Shown one piece after another: positions 15,541-25,639 of a stretch of DNA of 64,000 nucleotides. The notes beneath the pieces were generated by a model that was not told the DNA's origin, made no database searches, and worked only from the letters and a program-made list of their open reading frames with translations. This DNA comes from Bacillota bacterium. GTDB lineage: Bacteria > Bacillota > Clostridia > Christensenellales > CAG-138. The stretch spans positions 34,340 to 98,339 of the forward strand of contig JBCFAY010000012.1 in NCBI GenBank assembly GCA_038562375.1. The letters run 5' to 3'. Position 1 is the first letter of the stretch. Each line of letters begins with the position of its first letter. A program made the position numbers and the translations under genes.

Positions 15541-17403
15541 TTACGGATTCTTTCGCATCGGGCGGTATGTCAACGCCCTTGACGCGTTGAGTATCGCGAG
15601 CACCGCGACACCGACGTCCGCGAACACCGCTTCCCACATGTTGGCGACTCCCAATGCGCCAAGCAGCAGCACCAGACCCTTCACGCCGAGCGCGAACCCG
15701 ATGTTCTGCCGCGCGATGGAAAGCGTCTTGCTCGAGATCTGCACGGCGGCGGCGATCTTTTTAGGATCGTCGTCCATCAGCACTACGTCCGCGGCCTCGA
15801 TCGCAGCGTCCGTCCCGAGCGCGCCCATCGCGATGCCCACGTCGGCGCGCGCAAGCGTCGGCGCGTCGTTGATGCCGTCTCCCACGAACGCGAGCACGCT
15901 CCTAGCCGGCTTTTTGCTTAAAAGTTCCTCGACCTTTTCAACTTTGTCCGCGGGCAAAAGTTCGGCGTACAGTTCGTCGATGCCGAGCGAACCTGCGACG
16001 CTCTCGGCCGCTGCCTTTGAATCGCCGGTGAGCATCACGGCCTTTTTCACGCCCAGCTTGCGGAGCGAAGCGATCGCCTCGGCAGCGCCTTCCTTGATCT
16101 GATCCGAAATGACGATGTGCCCCGCGTACTCGCCATCCACCGCAACATGCACAACGGTTCCGGTCAGTTCGCATACTTGCCAGGCGACGCCGATAGAATC
16201 CATTAGTTTGCCGTTGCCGACGGAAACGCTCAATCCGTCCACGCGTGCCGACGCGCCGCGCCCCGCAAGCTCCTGAACGTCCGCAACGCGGGAGGAGTCG
16301 GCCTCCCCGCCCCAGGCCTCGAGCAGCGAGCGCGAAATCGGATGATCGGAAAAGCTGTCCGCGAGCGCGGCGAGCTCCAAAAGATGCGCTTCGGAAATCC
16401 GCTCGGGATGCACCGCAATCACGCGGAACGTACCGTACGTGAGCGTGCCGGTTTTGTCGAACACCACGGTACGCACCCTTGCAAGGGCCTCCAGGTAGTT
16501 GCCGCCCTTGATGAGTATGCCGTTCTTGGACGCGCCGCCGATGCCGCCGAAAAAGCTCAGCGGCACTGAAATCACCAGAGCGCACGGACAGGATACCACG
16601 AGGAAAATCAGCGCGCGTTCAACCCACACGTTCCACGAGCCCGAGAAGAACAAGGGGGCGATCACCGCGAGCAGCGCAGCGCCCGCGACGACTCCGGGCG
16701 TATAGTACCGTGCAAAGCGCGTGATAAAGCTTTCCGCCTTTGCCTTTTTATTCGCGGCGTTCTCGACGAGGTCGAGGATCTTCGCCACCGTGGATTCGCC
16801 GTACCCGCGCGTAACCTTTACCCGAATCAGCGCGCTGATGTTGATGCAGCCGCTGATCACGTCGTCCCCAGGGCCCGCCTCGCGCGGAAGCGACTCGCCG
16901 GTAAGCGCGGAGGTGTTGATCGTCGTAGATCCCTCGACGACCGTGCCGTCGAGCGGGATCTTCTCTCCCGGTTTTACGGCAATGATCTCGCCGATTCCGA
17001 TCTGTTCGGGATCGACCTTAACGAGCTCGCCGTTCTCCTCGATGTTCGCATAATCCGGCCGGATGTCCATCAAGCTCGCGATGGAACGGCGCGACCGCCC
17101 GATCGCGTAGCTTTGAAACAACTCGCCTACCTGATAAAAGAGCATCACCGCGACGCCCTCGGGATACTCGCCGATCGAAAAAGCTCCGACCGTCGCGAGC
17201 GCCATCAGGAAGTTCTCGTCGAAAACCCGGCCCCTCGCGATGTTGCGAAGCGCCCTGAGCAGCACGTCGTATCCGGCAATCGCATAGGGGATCAAGAACA
17301 GTGCAAGTTTGACGGGGCCCACGGTATCAATTAGGATCGCGGCAAGAAAAACCGCAGCCGCGATCAAAATTCTGTATAGATCCACCCGGAATTTTTTAGT
17401 CAT
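15541..17403 (-). CDS. P1B-type heavy-metal translocating ATPase (Cd/Zn/Co type), no N-terminal HMA domain
   Basis: CPC motif (VSCPCALVIS), DKTGTLT, GDGINDAP, TGES. Confidence 0.93.
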   Translation of the reverse strand: MTKKFRVDLYRILIAAAVFLAAILIDTVGPVKLALFLIPYAIAGYDVLLRALRNIARGRVFDENFLMALATVGAFSIGEYPEGVAVMLFYQVGELFQSYAIGRSRRSIASLMDIRPDYANIEENGELVKVDPEQIGIGEIIAVKPGEKIPLDGTVVEGSTTINTSALTGESLPREAGPGDDVISGCINISALIRVKVTRGYGESTVAKILDLVENAANKKAKAESFITRFARYYTPGVVAGAALLAVIAPLFFSGSWNVWVERALIFLVVSCPCALVISVPLSFFGGIGGASKNGILIKGGNYLEALARVRTVVFDKTGTLTYGTFRVIAVHPERISEAHLLELAALADSFSDHPISRSLLEAWGGEADSSRVADVQELAGRGASARVDGLSVSVGNGKLMDSIGVAWQVCELTGTVVHVAVDGEYAGHIVISDQIKEGAAEAIASLRKLGVKKAVMLTGDSKAAAESVAGSLGIDELYAELLPADKVEKVEELLSKKPARSVLAFVGDGINDAPTLARADVGIAMGALGTDAAIEAADVVLMDDDPKKIAAAVQISSKTLSIARQNIGFALGVKGLVLLLGALGVANMWEAVFADVGVAVLAILNASRALTYRPMRKNP

Positions 17404-17415
17404 ATCCTATCCTGC

Positions 17416-17634
17416 CTACCGTTGAATCGCGCAGTCGGGTTCGATGCGCTTGCAGACTTTTTCGATCTGATCCATAATTTGTTCAAACCGCTCTTCGGGC
17501 GCTTCCACGGTCAGCTTTTGCGCCATAAAATTGACGTTCGCATCCTGTACGCCGTCGAGCTTGCGAATCGCACATTCCATCTTTGAGGCGCAGTTCGCGC
17601 AATCGAGATCGACCATCTTATAATGCTTTCTCAT
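17416..17634 (-). CDS. Small heavy-metal-associated (HMA) domain protein
   Basis: 72 aa, with VDLDCANCASKMECAIRKLDGV replacing the usual MxCxxC site and a ferredoxin-like HMA pattern. Lies between the ArsR and ATPase genes. Confidence 0.75.
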   Translation of the reverse strand: MRKHYKMVDLDCANCASKMECAIRKLDGVQDANVNFMAQKLTVEAPEERFEQIMDQIEKVCKRIEPDCAIQR

Positions 17635-17654
17635 CGTGTCCCCCACCCAATAAA

Positions 17655-18017
17655 TTATTCTAAAACATGCTCCATGCCCTGTTCGAGTATCGTCTCCACG
17701 TGCGCGTCTGCCAGCGAATAATACACCGTTTTGCCGTCGCGCCGAAATTTGACGAGTTTGCTCTGCTTCAAGGAACGCAGATGATGGGAAATCGCCGACT
17801 GCGTCATTCCCAATAGCTGCGCGATGTCGCACACACAGATCTCTCCTGCCGAGAGCGCGTACAGTATTTTGATCCGCGTCGTATCCCCGAAGAGCTTATA
17901 CAGTTCCGCAAGGTCGTAAAGCGCATCGTCGCCCGGCATTCTCCGCGCCACGCGTTCGATGATCTGATCGTGGACGCACGTGCTCTCGCACCGTTCGACG
18001 CCGTAGATATCCTGCAT
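17655..18017 (-). CDS. ArsR/SmtB-family metal-responsive repressor
   Basis: RBS ggaggt lies 7 nt before the ATG at 18017. ELYKLFGDTTRIKILYAL...EICVCDIAQLLGMTQSAISHHLRSLK is a typical wHTH with metal-site Cys. Confidence 0.9.
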   Translation of the reverse strand: MQDIYGVERCESTCVHDQIIERVARRMPGDDALYDLAELYKLFGDTTRIKILYALSAGEICVCDIAQLLGMTQSAISHHLRSLKQSKLVKFRRDGKTVYYSLADAHVETILEQGMEHVLE

Positions 18018-18046
18018 CGCACTTACCTCCATTTCCTAGCAACAAT

Positions 18047-18068
18047 CATATGAACAATTGTTCATATG
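18047..18068. promoter_or_regulatory. Perfect 22-nt palindrome, candidate ArsR/SmtB operator
   Basis: CATATGAACAATTGTTCATATG, 30 nt upstream of the arsR-like start. This is the 12-2-12-like architecture typical of SmtB/CadC operators. Confidence 0.65.
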
Positions 18069-18658
18069 TATATATTATTCTTTTCCCTCCGAAAAGTCAA
18101 GCGAGCCGATCGCGTTTTTCTTGAATGCGAGGGAGGCGCAAGGCTGCAAAACATGCAGTTGGAAAACCATTGCTTCTCCGGTTTTTAAGGTCCTCCCGCT
18201 GCAAGAAGGGCTGATAAAGAGACCAGGCGAGCCGTACGGCTTTCCGGCCTGAGAAAAGCAGCATACGGGGCTTATAAGTCAGCCATGCAGCGCTTGTATT
18301 GATTGATCCTCACATTCGAGATACTATACAGCTATGCGGGAGGAATGCGGATGTGAATGTTTTGCTGATGGAAAACGCCCCGCCGCAAAGAGACAATAAA
18401 AACGTGGGGAACTTTTTACCAACCCCATTTACGGGTTGTGGCAATCTGGAACTTCCTCCTCAAAGCGGCGCAGAACGATAAAGCACCGCCGGGCCGATTC
18501 AATCCCGCCCGGCGGTGTTTGGTATTATCCTTGGGACGCTGTCAGCCCGGGTCGCTTGGAGCGGCCGTAGTACGTCCATGAGAGGTAACAGCCCTTTCGG
18601 GCGTACCTATTCGTCCGACCGTTTATGGAGCAAGCTCCGCCGCAGCGGGAAAGCGCTT

Positions 18659-19171
18659 TCAATCGAGCACCAGCGACGGCGCGGCGTACACGCGGGCGCC
18701 GAGCTCCGAGTCGAGCATGTATAGGCCTTTACCGTCGTGTCCGAACAGCTCGAAGCGCTTGATGTTCTCGTCCGCGTTCTTCTCCTCTTCTCCCTGCTCC
18801 TTGATGAACCAATCGAGGAACTGGCAGGTGCGGTAATCGCGATCCGCCTGCGCCTCGGCATAGATGGCGTTGATCAATGCGGTCACATACTTTTCATGCT
18901 CAAACGATACCTGCAAGGGTGTGGAAAAATCGGAGTAAGCCTTGTCGGGCGCGGCGATCTCGGCGAGCATCGGGCGCACGCCGTTGTTCTGCAGATATTG
19001 GGAGAACAGCATCGCGTGATCCCGCTCCTCCTGCGCCTGAACCTTATACCAGTTGCCGAATCCGTTCAAATTGGCATCATAATAGAAGTTTGAAATATCA
19101 AGATAAAGATACGCGGAGTAAAATTCCTTGTTGATTTGTTCGTTGAGCAGCTTTTTGACCTTTTCGTTCAT
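18659..19171 (-). CDS. ftnA: Non-heme ferritin
   Basis: RBS aaggagga. LNEQINKEFYSAYLYL...QEERDHA...FEHEKYVT are ferroxidase-centre motifs. Confidence 0.92.
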   Translation of the reverse strand: MNEKVKKLLNEQINKEFYSAYLYLDISNFYYDANLNGFGNWYKVQAQEERDHAMLFSQYLQNNGVRPMLAEIAAPDKAYSDFSTPLQVSFEHEKYVTALINAIYAEAQADRDYRTCQFLDWFIKEQGEEEKNADENIKRFELFGHDGKGLYMLDSELGARVYAAPSLVLD

Positions 19172-19243
19172 GGAATGAATCCTCCTTTTTGAATTTATCG
19201 CAGTCCCGCGCCTTGCGGCCGCCTGCGCGGCCGGAAAGGCGCG

Positions 19244-21619
19244 TTACGAGCCGAATACCTGCTCGGCATAACGCACCGAGCCCATCGCGTCGGCGGAATA
19301 GCAGTCCGCGCCGATTTTCGTAGCGTAACGCTCGGTGAGCACCGCGCCGCCGACCATGATCCTGCACTCAGGCGCCTGCTCGCGCAGCAGCTCGATGGTC
19401 TTTTCCATGCCCACGACCGTTGTCGTCATAAGCGCGCTAAGACCTACGAGCTTGATATCGTTGTCCTTTACGGCGTTGACGATCACCTCCGGCGAAACGT
19501 CCTTGCCAAGATCGAGCACGTCATAGCTGTAGTTCAATAGCAGCGCCTTGACGATATTCTTGCCGATATCGTGGATGTCGCCCTTGACGGTGGCGACGAC
19601 GATCCTTCCTTTTTTCTTCTGCACCTGACCGCTCTTGGCCATGTGCGCGCGGATGACGTCAAACGCAGTCTGCGCCGCCTCGCCGCTCATGAGCAATTGC
19701 GGCAGATACAGCTTGCTCTGTTCAAACCCCGCGCCGACCTCGTTGAGCGCCGGGACGAGCATTTCGTCGATGATCTCAAGCGGCGCGCGCGATAAAAGCT
19801 CCTTGGCGGCGGCTTTTGCGGCGCGCTCCTTCATGCCGTGAACAACGGCCTGGTAAAGGCCCATCGCTTCGTCCGGCTGCGCGGACTTCGGCTGCTGATC
19901 GGAATACTTTGCGATATAGCCCATGCATTTTTCGTCCGCGCCGCACAGCGCGCGGGACGCATAGAACGCGGCGAGCATTTCGTCGGAATTCGGGTTGATG
20001 ATGGCGGCGGAAAGCCCCGCATGGATCGCCATCGTCAAAAACGCGGCATTGATGTGCTCGCGCGCGGGCAAGCCGAACGAGATGTTCGAAACACCGAGTA
20101 TCGTGCGCGCACCCAGCCGTTCGCGGATCATGCGCATCGTCTCGAGCGCGATCAGCGCGCTCTTCTTGCCGGTGCTGATCGCCATCGCAAGCGTGTCGAA
20201 CACCAGGTCCTTCTTCCCGAGCCCGTAGGTTTTGGCAACCTCGAGGATACGCTCGGCGATCGCAAAGCGCCCCTCTGCCGTATCGGGAATGCCGTTCTGG
20301 TCGAGCGTGAGTGCGATAACGGCCCCGCCGTATTTTTGCACGATCGGGAACACGCTGTGCGTGGACTCGGGCTTACCGTTCACGGAGTTGATCATGGGCT
20401 TGCCGTTGTAGCTGCGCACGGCGCGCTCGAGCGCCGCGACGTTCGAGGTGTCGATCTGAATCGGCGCGTTGCAGACGCTCTGCACACTCCTGATCACCTT
20501 TTCGAGCGTGGCGACCTCGTCGATGTCGGGAAGGCCCGTGTTGATATCGAGGGAACTCGCGCCGCCCTGCTGCTGTTTGAGCGCCTCGCGCATGATATAG
20601 TCCATATCCCCTTCGCGCATTGCCTCCCTAAAGCGCGGGTTGCCGTTGGGGTTGATGCGCTCGCCCACGATCACGGGGTCGTCCCCGATCATCACTGCGT
20701 GATCGTACGAGGAGATGACCGTCAGCTCCTTCTTTTCGATCGGCTCGGGCGCTCGCGTTTTCAAGCGGTTCACCATCGCCAAAATATGCTCCGGCGTCGT
20801 GCCGCAACAACCGCCGAGCACACATGCCCCATGCTCCGCGATGCGCTCCATCCACTGGGCAAACTCTTCAGGGCCGACGTCGTAAACCGTCTCCCCATTC
20901 CTCGTATCGGGCAGCCCGGCGTTCGGCTGAACGATCAGCGGGATGGACGCAAATTCCCTTAGCGCGTCGACCAGATCGACAAGCTGCTTCGGGCCGAGCG
21001 AGCAATTTACGCCCAAGGCATCCGCCCGGAGCCCTTCGAGCAGCGCCACGACGGCGGCCGCGTCTCCCCCCGTAAGGAGTTTACCGTTGCTTTGAAACGT
21101 CACCGTCGCGAACACCGGCAGTCCGGTCTGTTCCTTGGCGGCGAGCACGGCGGCTTTGAGCTCGAGCGTATCGCTCATCGTCTCGATGAACACAAGATCC
21201 GCGCCCGCTTCCTCGCCCGCCCTGCAGACCTCGCCGAAGAGCTCGACTGCAGTCTCAAATTCCAGGTCTCCGAGAGGCTTTAAAAGCCTGCCCAAAGGGC
21301 CGACGTCGAGCGCCACATACGCCTTTTTCCCGCTCTTTGCGATCGCCTCGCGCGCAAGGTTTACCGCGCTTGAAACAAGCTGCTGTACGCCGTAGGGCGT
21401 GTCCTTGAGCTTGAGCGCGTTCACGCCGAAGGTGTTCGCAGTGATGATATCGCTCCCGGCGTCAAGATATGCGCCGTGAATCCTTCTTAACTCCTCCGGA
21501 TGCTCAATATTCCATCCTTCCGGGAGCTCGCCCGCTTTCAGGCCCGCCTTATGAAGCATCGTGCCCATCGCGCCGTCGACAAACAGCAAACGCGGGCCCA
21601 GTTCGTCTCTGATACTCAC
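19244..21619 (-). CDS. metH: Cobalamin-dependent methionine synthase lacking the activation domain (Hcy-binding, pterin-binding, B12-cap/B12-binding domains)
   Basis: GTG start at 21619 preceded by aaagga and overlapping the upstream stop (GTGA). FVDGAMGT..., GGCCGTTP, and the B12 motif GDIHDIGKNIV. The longer ORF-track version (to 21865) overlaps the upstream gene. Confidence 0.9.
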   Translation of the reverse strand: MSIRDELGPRLLFVDGAMGTMLHKAGLKAGELPEGWNIEHPEELRRIHGAYLDAGSDIITANTFGVNALKLKDTPYGVQQLVSSAVNLAREAIAKSGKKAYVALDVGPLGRLLKPLGDLEFETAVELFGEVCRAGEEAGADLVFIETMSDTLELKAAVLAAKEQTGLPVFATVTFQSNGKLLTGGDAAAVVALLEGLRADALGVNCSLGPKQLVDLVDALREFASIPLIVQPNAGLPDTRNGETVYDVGPEEFAQWMERIAEHGACVLGGCCGTTPEHILAMVNRLKTRAPEPIEKKELTVISSYDHAVMIGDDPVIVGERINPNGNPRFREAMREGDMDYIMREALKQQQGGASSLDINTGLPDIDEVATLEKVIRSVQSVCNAPIQIDTSNVAALERAVRSYNGKPMINSVNGKPESTHSVFPIVQKYGGAVIALTLDQNGIPDTAEGRFAIAERILEVAKTYGLGKKDLVFDTLAMAISTGKKSALIALETMRMIRERLGARTILGVSNISFGLPAREHINAAFLTMAIHAGLSAAIINPNSDEMLAAFYASRALCGADEKCMGYIAKYSDQQPKSAQPDEAMGLYQAVVHGMKERAAKAAAKELLSRAPLEIIDEMLVPALNEVGAGFEQSKLYLPQLLMSGEAAQTAFDVIRAHMAKSGQVQKKKGRIVVATVKGDIHDIGKNIVKALLLNYSYDVLDLGKDVSPEVIVNAVKDNDIKLVGLSALMTTTVVGMEKTIELLREQAPECRIMVGGAVLTERYATKIGADCYSADAMGSVRYAEQVFGS

Positions 21620-22260
21620 TGTTGTTCCTTTCTGAACCTGCACGAAAGCAGGCCGCATTCGCCGCATTTGTTCCATTGTTCCGTGCGGAGCCCCTCGTAT
21701 ATCCCGATCGCGCCCGCGATGGATTTCGCGGGCACCAGCATTGAATTCTCGGTAAGCGCGAGCCCGATCCTGTGCGCCTGCGCCAGCTTGAGGACCCGCT
21801 CGAGGTCCTCCAGGCTCCAGTCGCCATAGCCCGGGCAGAAGCGCGGCGTCAGCGCGAGGGAGCATTCGGTCAGCCCATTGTTGATTTCATTGTGCCACGC
21901 GTTGAGCTCGTCCTCTAAAACAGCGTTCGCAGCCGCCTCCAGGATCACCGCACGGCTCATCTCCAGCAGGCTTTCGCGCGCGATGAGCCGGTCCACCTCA
22001 GCGCCGAGCGTCGCCGCGAAAAACAGGGCTTCCCTGCAGCCCTCCATGCGTTTTTTGAGCGAGCGGCTGATGAGCGCGACGCCGTCGGCCTCGATCCCAT
22101 CCTCCGCCAAATCGATATAGAGGCGCCGGTACAGCACGCGAAAATTGACCGCGGCCTTCATCTCCCGCAGCGCAAGCTCGGCAAGCGGCAGCAGCGCCTC
22201 GGCGCCCTCGCGCTGCCCTTTGGCAAGGTGATAAAGAACGTCCTCGGCCTTAACCGCCAT
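21616..22260 (-). CDS. Methionine synthase activation (AdoMet-binding, reactivation) domain protein encoded as a separate gene
   Basis: 214 aa with RFCPGYGDW and SIAGAIGI blocks like the MetH C-terminal domain. Translationally coupled to metH. Confidence 0.75.
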   Translation of the reverse strand: MAVKAEDVLYHLAKGQREGAEALLPLAELALREMKAAVNFRVLYRRLYIDLAEDGIEADGVALISRSLKKRMEGCREALFFAATLGAEVDRLIARESLLEMSRAVILEAAANAVLEDELNAWHNEINNGLTECSLALTPRFCPGYGDWSLEDLERVLKLAQAHRIGLALTENSMLVPAKSIAGAIGIYEGLRTEQWNKCGECGLLSCRFRKEQQ

Positions 22261-22308
22261 GTAGCTACCATCCCTGTATATTGCTCCGCGGTTGTCTCCG
22301 CGTTTTAA

Positions 22309-22325
22309 TTATGATATTATCATAA
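22309..22325. promoter_or_regulatory. Perfect 8-1-8 palindrome in the metH / mgtC divergent region
   Basis: TTATGATA-T-TATCATAA, read directly. The binding factor is unknown. Confidence 0.4.
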
Positions 22326-22383
22326 GCACAATGGAAGGGCAATAAAGGTATAGGGAATTCTGGCAACGCTGGAGGAATGAACC

Positions 22384-23070
22384 ATGGCGGATTGGATTGC
22401 GCCGCTACAGCTTTCGGAGCTAAACGAGCTTACCATTGTCGTTCGCCTCGTTCTCTCCGCACTATTAAGCGGAGTACTGGGCTTTGAGCGCACGCAAAAG
22501 CGCCGCCCCGCCGGATTTCGCACTTACATGCTCGTGAGCATCGGCGCGACGCTCGTGATGATCACGGGGGAATTCCTCGCCAAGTCGCTCGGCGGCGATG
22601 CCGCCCGCCTGGGCGCGCAGGTCATCAGCGGCATCGGCTTCATCGGAGCCGGGACCATCATGATGACCGGGCATCAGCAGATCAAGGGCCTTACAACCGC
22701 GGCGGGCCTCTGGGCCGCCGCCTGCATGGGGCTTGCCGTGGGAGCGGGATTGTATTTCGCGGCCATTATCACGTTTGTTCTGCTTGCGCTCGTCATGATA
22801 CTCGCGGAACGCCTGCAGGGTAAATTCATCGCGCGCTCTAAACACATGCGCGTTTACATCATTCTTGATAAGTTCGAATGCCTTCATAAGTTTTTGAATT
22901 ACGTGCGCAGCCATGGCATCTCCGTCGACGATTTTAACCTTAACAGCACGGACAGCCACGAAGGGATAGGCGTCACCTGCGAACTGGGATTTAAAGAGAA
23001 GCGCGCTCATTCTCAGGTGATCGAGCTGCTTTCACAGTTTGAAGGCGTCGCGTTTCTTGAGGAGTTTTAG
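22384..23070 (+). CDS. mgtC: MgtC/SapB-family membrane protein
   Basis: RBS ggagga. GFERTQKRRPAGFRTYMLVSIGA...GIGFIGAGTI...KGLTTAAGLW are hallmark MgtC motifs. The C-terminal domain is ACT-like. Confidence 0.9.
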   Translation: MADWIAPLQLSELNELTIVVRLVLSALLSGVLGFERTQKRRPAGFRTYMLVSIGATLVMITGEFLAKSLGGDAARLGAQVISGIGFIGAGTIMMTGHQQIKGLTTAAGLWAAACMGLAVGAGLYFAAIITFVLLALVMILAERLQGKFIARSKHMRVYIILDKFECLHKFLNYVRSHGISVDDFNLNSTDSHEGIGVTCELGFKEKRAHSQVIELLSQFEGVAFLEEF

Positions 23071-23164
23071 GCGCCGAATTTGTACCCATATAGGTAACAC
23101 AAGGCGACGGTTTGGGGTGCGCCATTTACCTATGATATGATATATGAAAAGGTAATGCAGGTGA

Positions 23165-23269
23165 ACAATATTCCACGATTATTTGATTTTAAAGGCCATT
23201 GGCGGGATTTCACAGCGTCAGATTGCTAGAATTCTTGGAGTGGCACCCAATCTTGTCTTCAGAACATAA
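23165..23269 (+). pseudogene. Short HTH-containing ORF fragment (transposase/resolvase-type HTH remnant)
   Basis: The frame reads TIFHDYLILKAIGGISQRQIARILGVAPNLVFRT with stops on both sides. It has no start codon or RBS and sits in a low-GC gene-less spacer. Confidence 0.3.
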
Positions 23270-23878
23270 ATGGCGCACGAGAACCCTTTGAACCGCTGAA
23301 TCCCTTTGAACCTCTATCGTCAATAGCCCGAAAGAAATCCCGTGAAAGACTTTTGAAATGCAATTCTCCAACTTCGTCAAAAAGACTTGACTCTGGAAAA
23401 TCCTGGGTATAAGATGAACATGTATTTATAGATAGGCGGCGCCGCAACGGTATGCGGCGTATATAATCGGTTCATACGAATTTGTTGCACGATTAAGCAG
23501 CTTCAGGCCAGGATAATTGAATATTTGGGTACTACCAACGGGCTTTGTGTGGTGGGATAGGCGTTGCGCCTGTCTGGAAGCGGTATAGTTACTGCATTGA
23601 CGGCGAGCTCTGGCTAGGTATATTGGCATTGCATCGGTGCTAAAAGTGCATCGTTGCGGTTTGATATGCAGGCCGGGGCACGCTTTTATTGTACTACATT
23701 GTATAAGCTGAGCGGCCCCTCAAGCACTGGAGGAGCCAACACGCTTCTGGATATTACGAAAAGGGGGGAATATTAGAAATTGGAAACGAAGTCGATATCG
23801 CGGCCGTGGCTGCGCTCGGCTCGGAGGGCTTTGCCGCCGCCCAGCGCTCAGCTTCGGCGCCCACATATAAAAAAAGGC

Positions 23879-24721
23879 ATGAAGATTGCGCTGTTCCTTG
23901 CCCCAATTCTGATTTTTACGATCCTTTTTATATACTATCCTTTTATTAAAAACATCATCAATAGCTTCTGCACGGTAAATGAAAAGGGTAATATCACCGG
24001 CTTTATCGGTCTGGATAATTATGCCTACGTATTCGGACGCAGCGATTTCCAAAAGGCGGTTTTGAATACGCTGCTCATCACGGCCATCAATGTGCCCGTC
24101 ACGTTGTTCGTCACTATTTCTCTGGCGTTGATTGCAACCAAAAGGCGCCGTTTCAGTTCGGTTTATGAAACATTGTTCACCATGCCGATGTCGGTATCCA
24201 TGTCGGCGGCATGTATGGTGTTTAAATCCATGTTCAGTCCCACGCTCGGATTCATCAACGCGTTCTTCGGGAGCAACCTGGGCTGGTTTGAGAGCCGTAC
24301 CACCGCTATTTATACGGTGATCATACTGACGGTTTGGATGGGCATCGGTTTCGACTTTCTGCTGTTCCAGTCGGCGCTGCGCGGGATACCCAACCATGTA
24401 ATGGAGGCAGCCAGGCTCGATGGCGCGGGTTTCTTCAAACGCCTGTTCAAGATCCAGCTGCCCATGATCTCGCCCACCATCCTTTATGTGGTCTGTACCA
24501 ACACCGTGCTCGCCATGATGTGCTCGGGGCCTATGATCATCATCACCCAGGGCGGGCCCTCGCGATCTACCACCACATTGATGTATATGATGTTCGCGTC
24601 GGGATACGGCAGCTCCAACTACAGCCTGGCGGCGGTTGTCAGCCTGGTGGCTTTCGCTCTTACGCTCAGCTTTACGGTCCTCGCGTTTGTATTTGAGCGA
24701 AAGAAGGTGCATTATCAGTGA
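23879..24721 (+). CDS. Carbohydrate ABC transporter permease (MalF/UgpA-like)
   Basis: Six TM segments and the EAA loop region EAARLDGAGFFKRLFKIQLP. The ORF-track start at 23780 adds a non-hydrophobic, Arg-rich extension. Confidence 0.88.
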   Translation: MKIALFLAPILIFTILFIYYPFIKNIINSFCTVNEKGNITGFIGLDNYAYVFGRSDFQKAVLNTLLITAINVPVTLFVTISLALIATKRRRFSSVYETLFTMPMSVSMSAACMVFKSMFSPTLGFINAFFGSNLGWFESRTTAIYTVIILTVWMGIGFDFLLFQSALRGIPNHVMEAARLDGAGFFKRLFKIQLPMISPTILYVVCTNTVLAMMCSGPMIIITQGGPSRSTTTLMYMMFASGYGSSNYSLAAVVSLVAFALTLSFTVLAFVFERKKVHYQ

Positions 24722-25551
24722 CAAATCGCATAAAAAGGCGCGTGGGCGATTCCGTCGTTACAGTCATCGCGATCTGCATCGGTCTGATTCTGATTTTTCC
24801 CATCATATACTGCGTGCTCGGCGCGTTCAAGACGCCTGCGGAGTTCATGTCATCCAAACTTCTGCCGGGCAGCTTCGCTTATATGGAGAACTTCACCAAT
24901 GCCTTGAACCAGGCGCCCCTGTTGCGCTACATGGTGAACTCCTTCATCGTGGCGTTATTTGGTACCGTGATCCGGCTGGTTCTGTCCGTCATGGCGGCTT
25001 ATGTGTTCGCGCATTATGAGTTTCGGCTGAAAAATCTCTGCTTTTTCCTCGTGCTGGGCACCATGATGATGCCGGGAGATATTTTACTGGTCACCAACTA
25101 TATGACGGTATCCAAGCTGGGCCTTTTAAACAGCTACCTTGGTATGTGCATCGTCTCCTTTGTCAGCGCCAGCCAAATGTTCATGCTGCGCCAGCGGTTC
25201 CTTTCCGTACCGCGCGATATGCGGCATGCGGCCATGATCGACGGCTGCGGGGATGTGCGCTATATCCTCACCGTACTGATGCCCATTTGCAAGCCGGTCA
25301 TCACCACGCTGTTCGTACAGAGCTTCATCACGCTGTGGAACACCTACCTGTGGCCGTTGATCGTTACCGCCAGCAGTTCGGAGATGCGCACCATCATGGT
25401 GGGCATCACGAAGCTCAATTCGTGGGAGGACACCAATTACGAGCTGGTGCTCGCTGGCGTGGCGATCTCGCTGATCCCGTCGCTTCTGTTGTTCCTGGGC
25501 ATGCGCCGCAACATGCGCAAGGGTGGGATGGACGGCGCGCTGGTAGGCTAA
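24718..25551 (+). CDS. Carbohydrate ABC transporter permease (MalG/UgpE-like)
   Basis: GTG start overlapping the upstream stop (GTGA). EAA-like loop HAAMIDGCGDVRYILTVLMP. Confidence 0.88.
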   Translation: MTNRIKRRVGDSVVTVIAICIGLILIFPIIYCVLGAFKTPAEFMSSKLLPGSFAYMENFTNALNQAPLLRYMVNSFIVALFGTVIRLVLSVMAAYVFAHYEFRLKNLCFFLVLGTMMMPGDILLVTNYMTVSKLGLLNSYLGMCIVSFVSASQMFMLRQRFLSVPRDMRHAAMIDGCGDVRYILTVLMPICKPVITTLFVQSFITLWNTYLWPLIVTASSSEMRTIMVGITKLNSWEDTNYELVLAGVAISLIPSLLLFLGMRRNMRKGGMDGALVG

Positions 25552-25639
25552 TACGCCATATTGCATGAGGAACTGTCGGCAAGCCCACCTGTTCTGAATG
25601 CCTTGATATATGGAAATGAATAATTATGGAGGGAAACAG

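Noticed and set aside
18058-18658. Small ORFs between the ArsR operator and ferritin (18058-18252, 18299-18481, 18515-18724), plus a hairpin at about 18484-18520.
   Set aside because: There are no RBSs or family motifs. The hairpin caccgccgggc/gcccggcggtg is real, but I cannot attach it to a supported gene.
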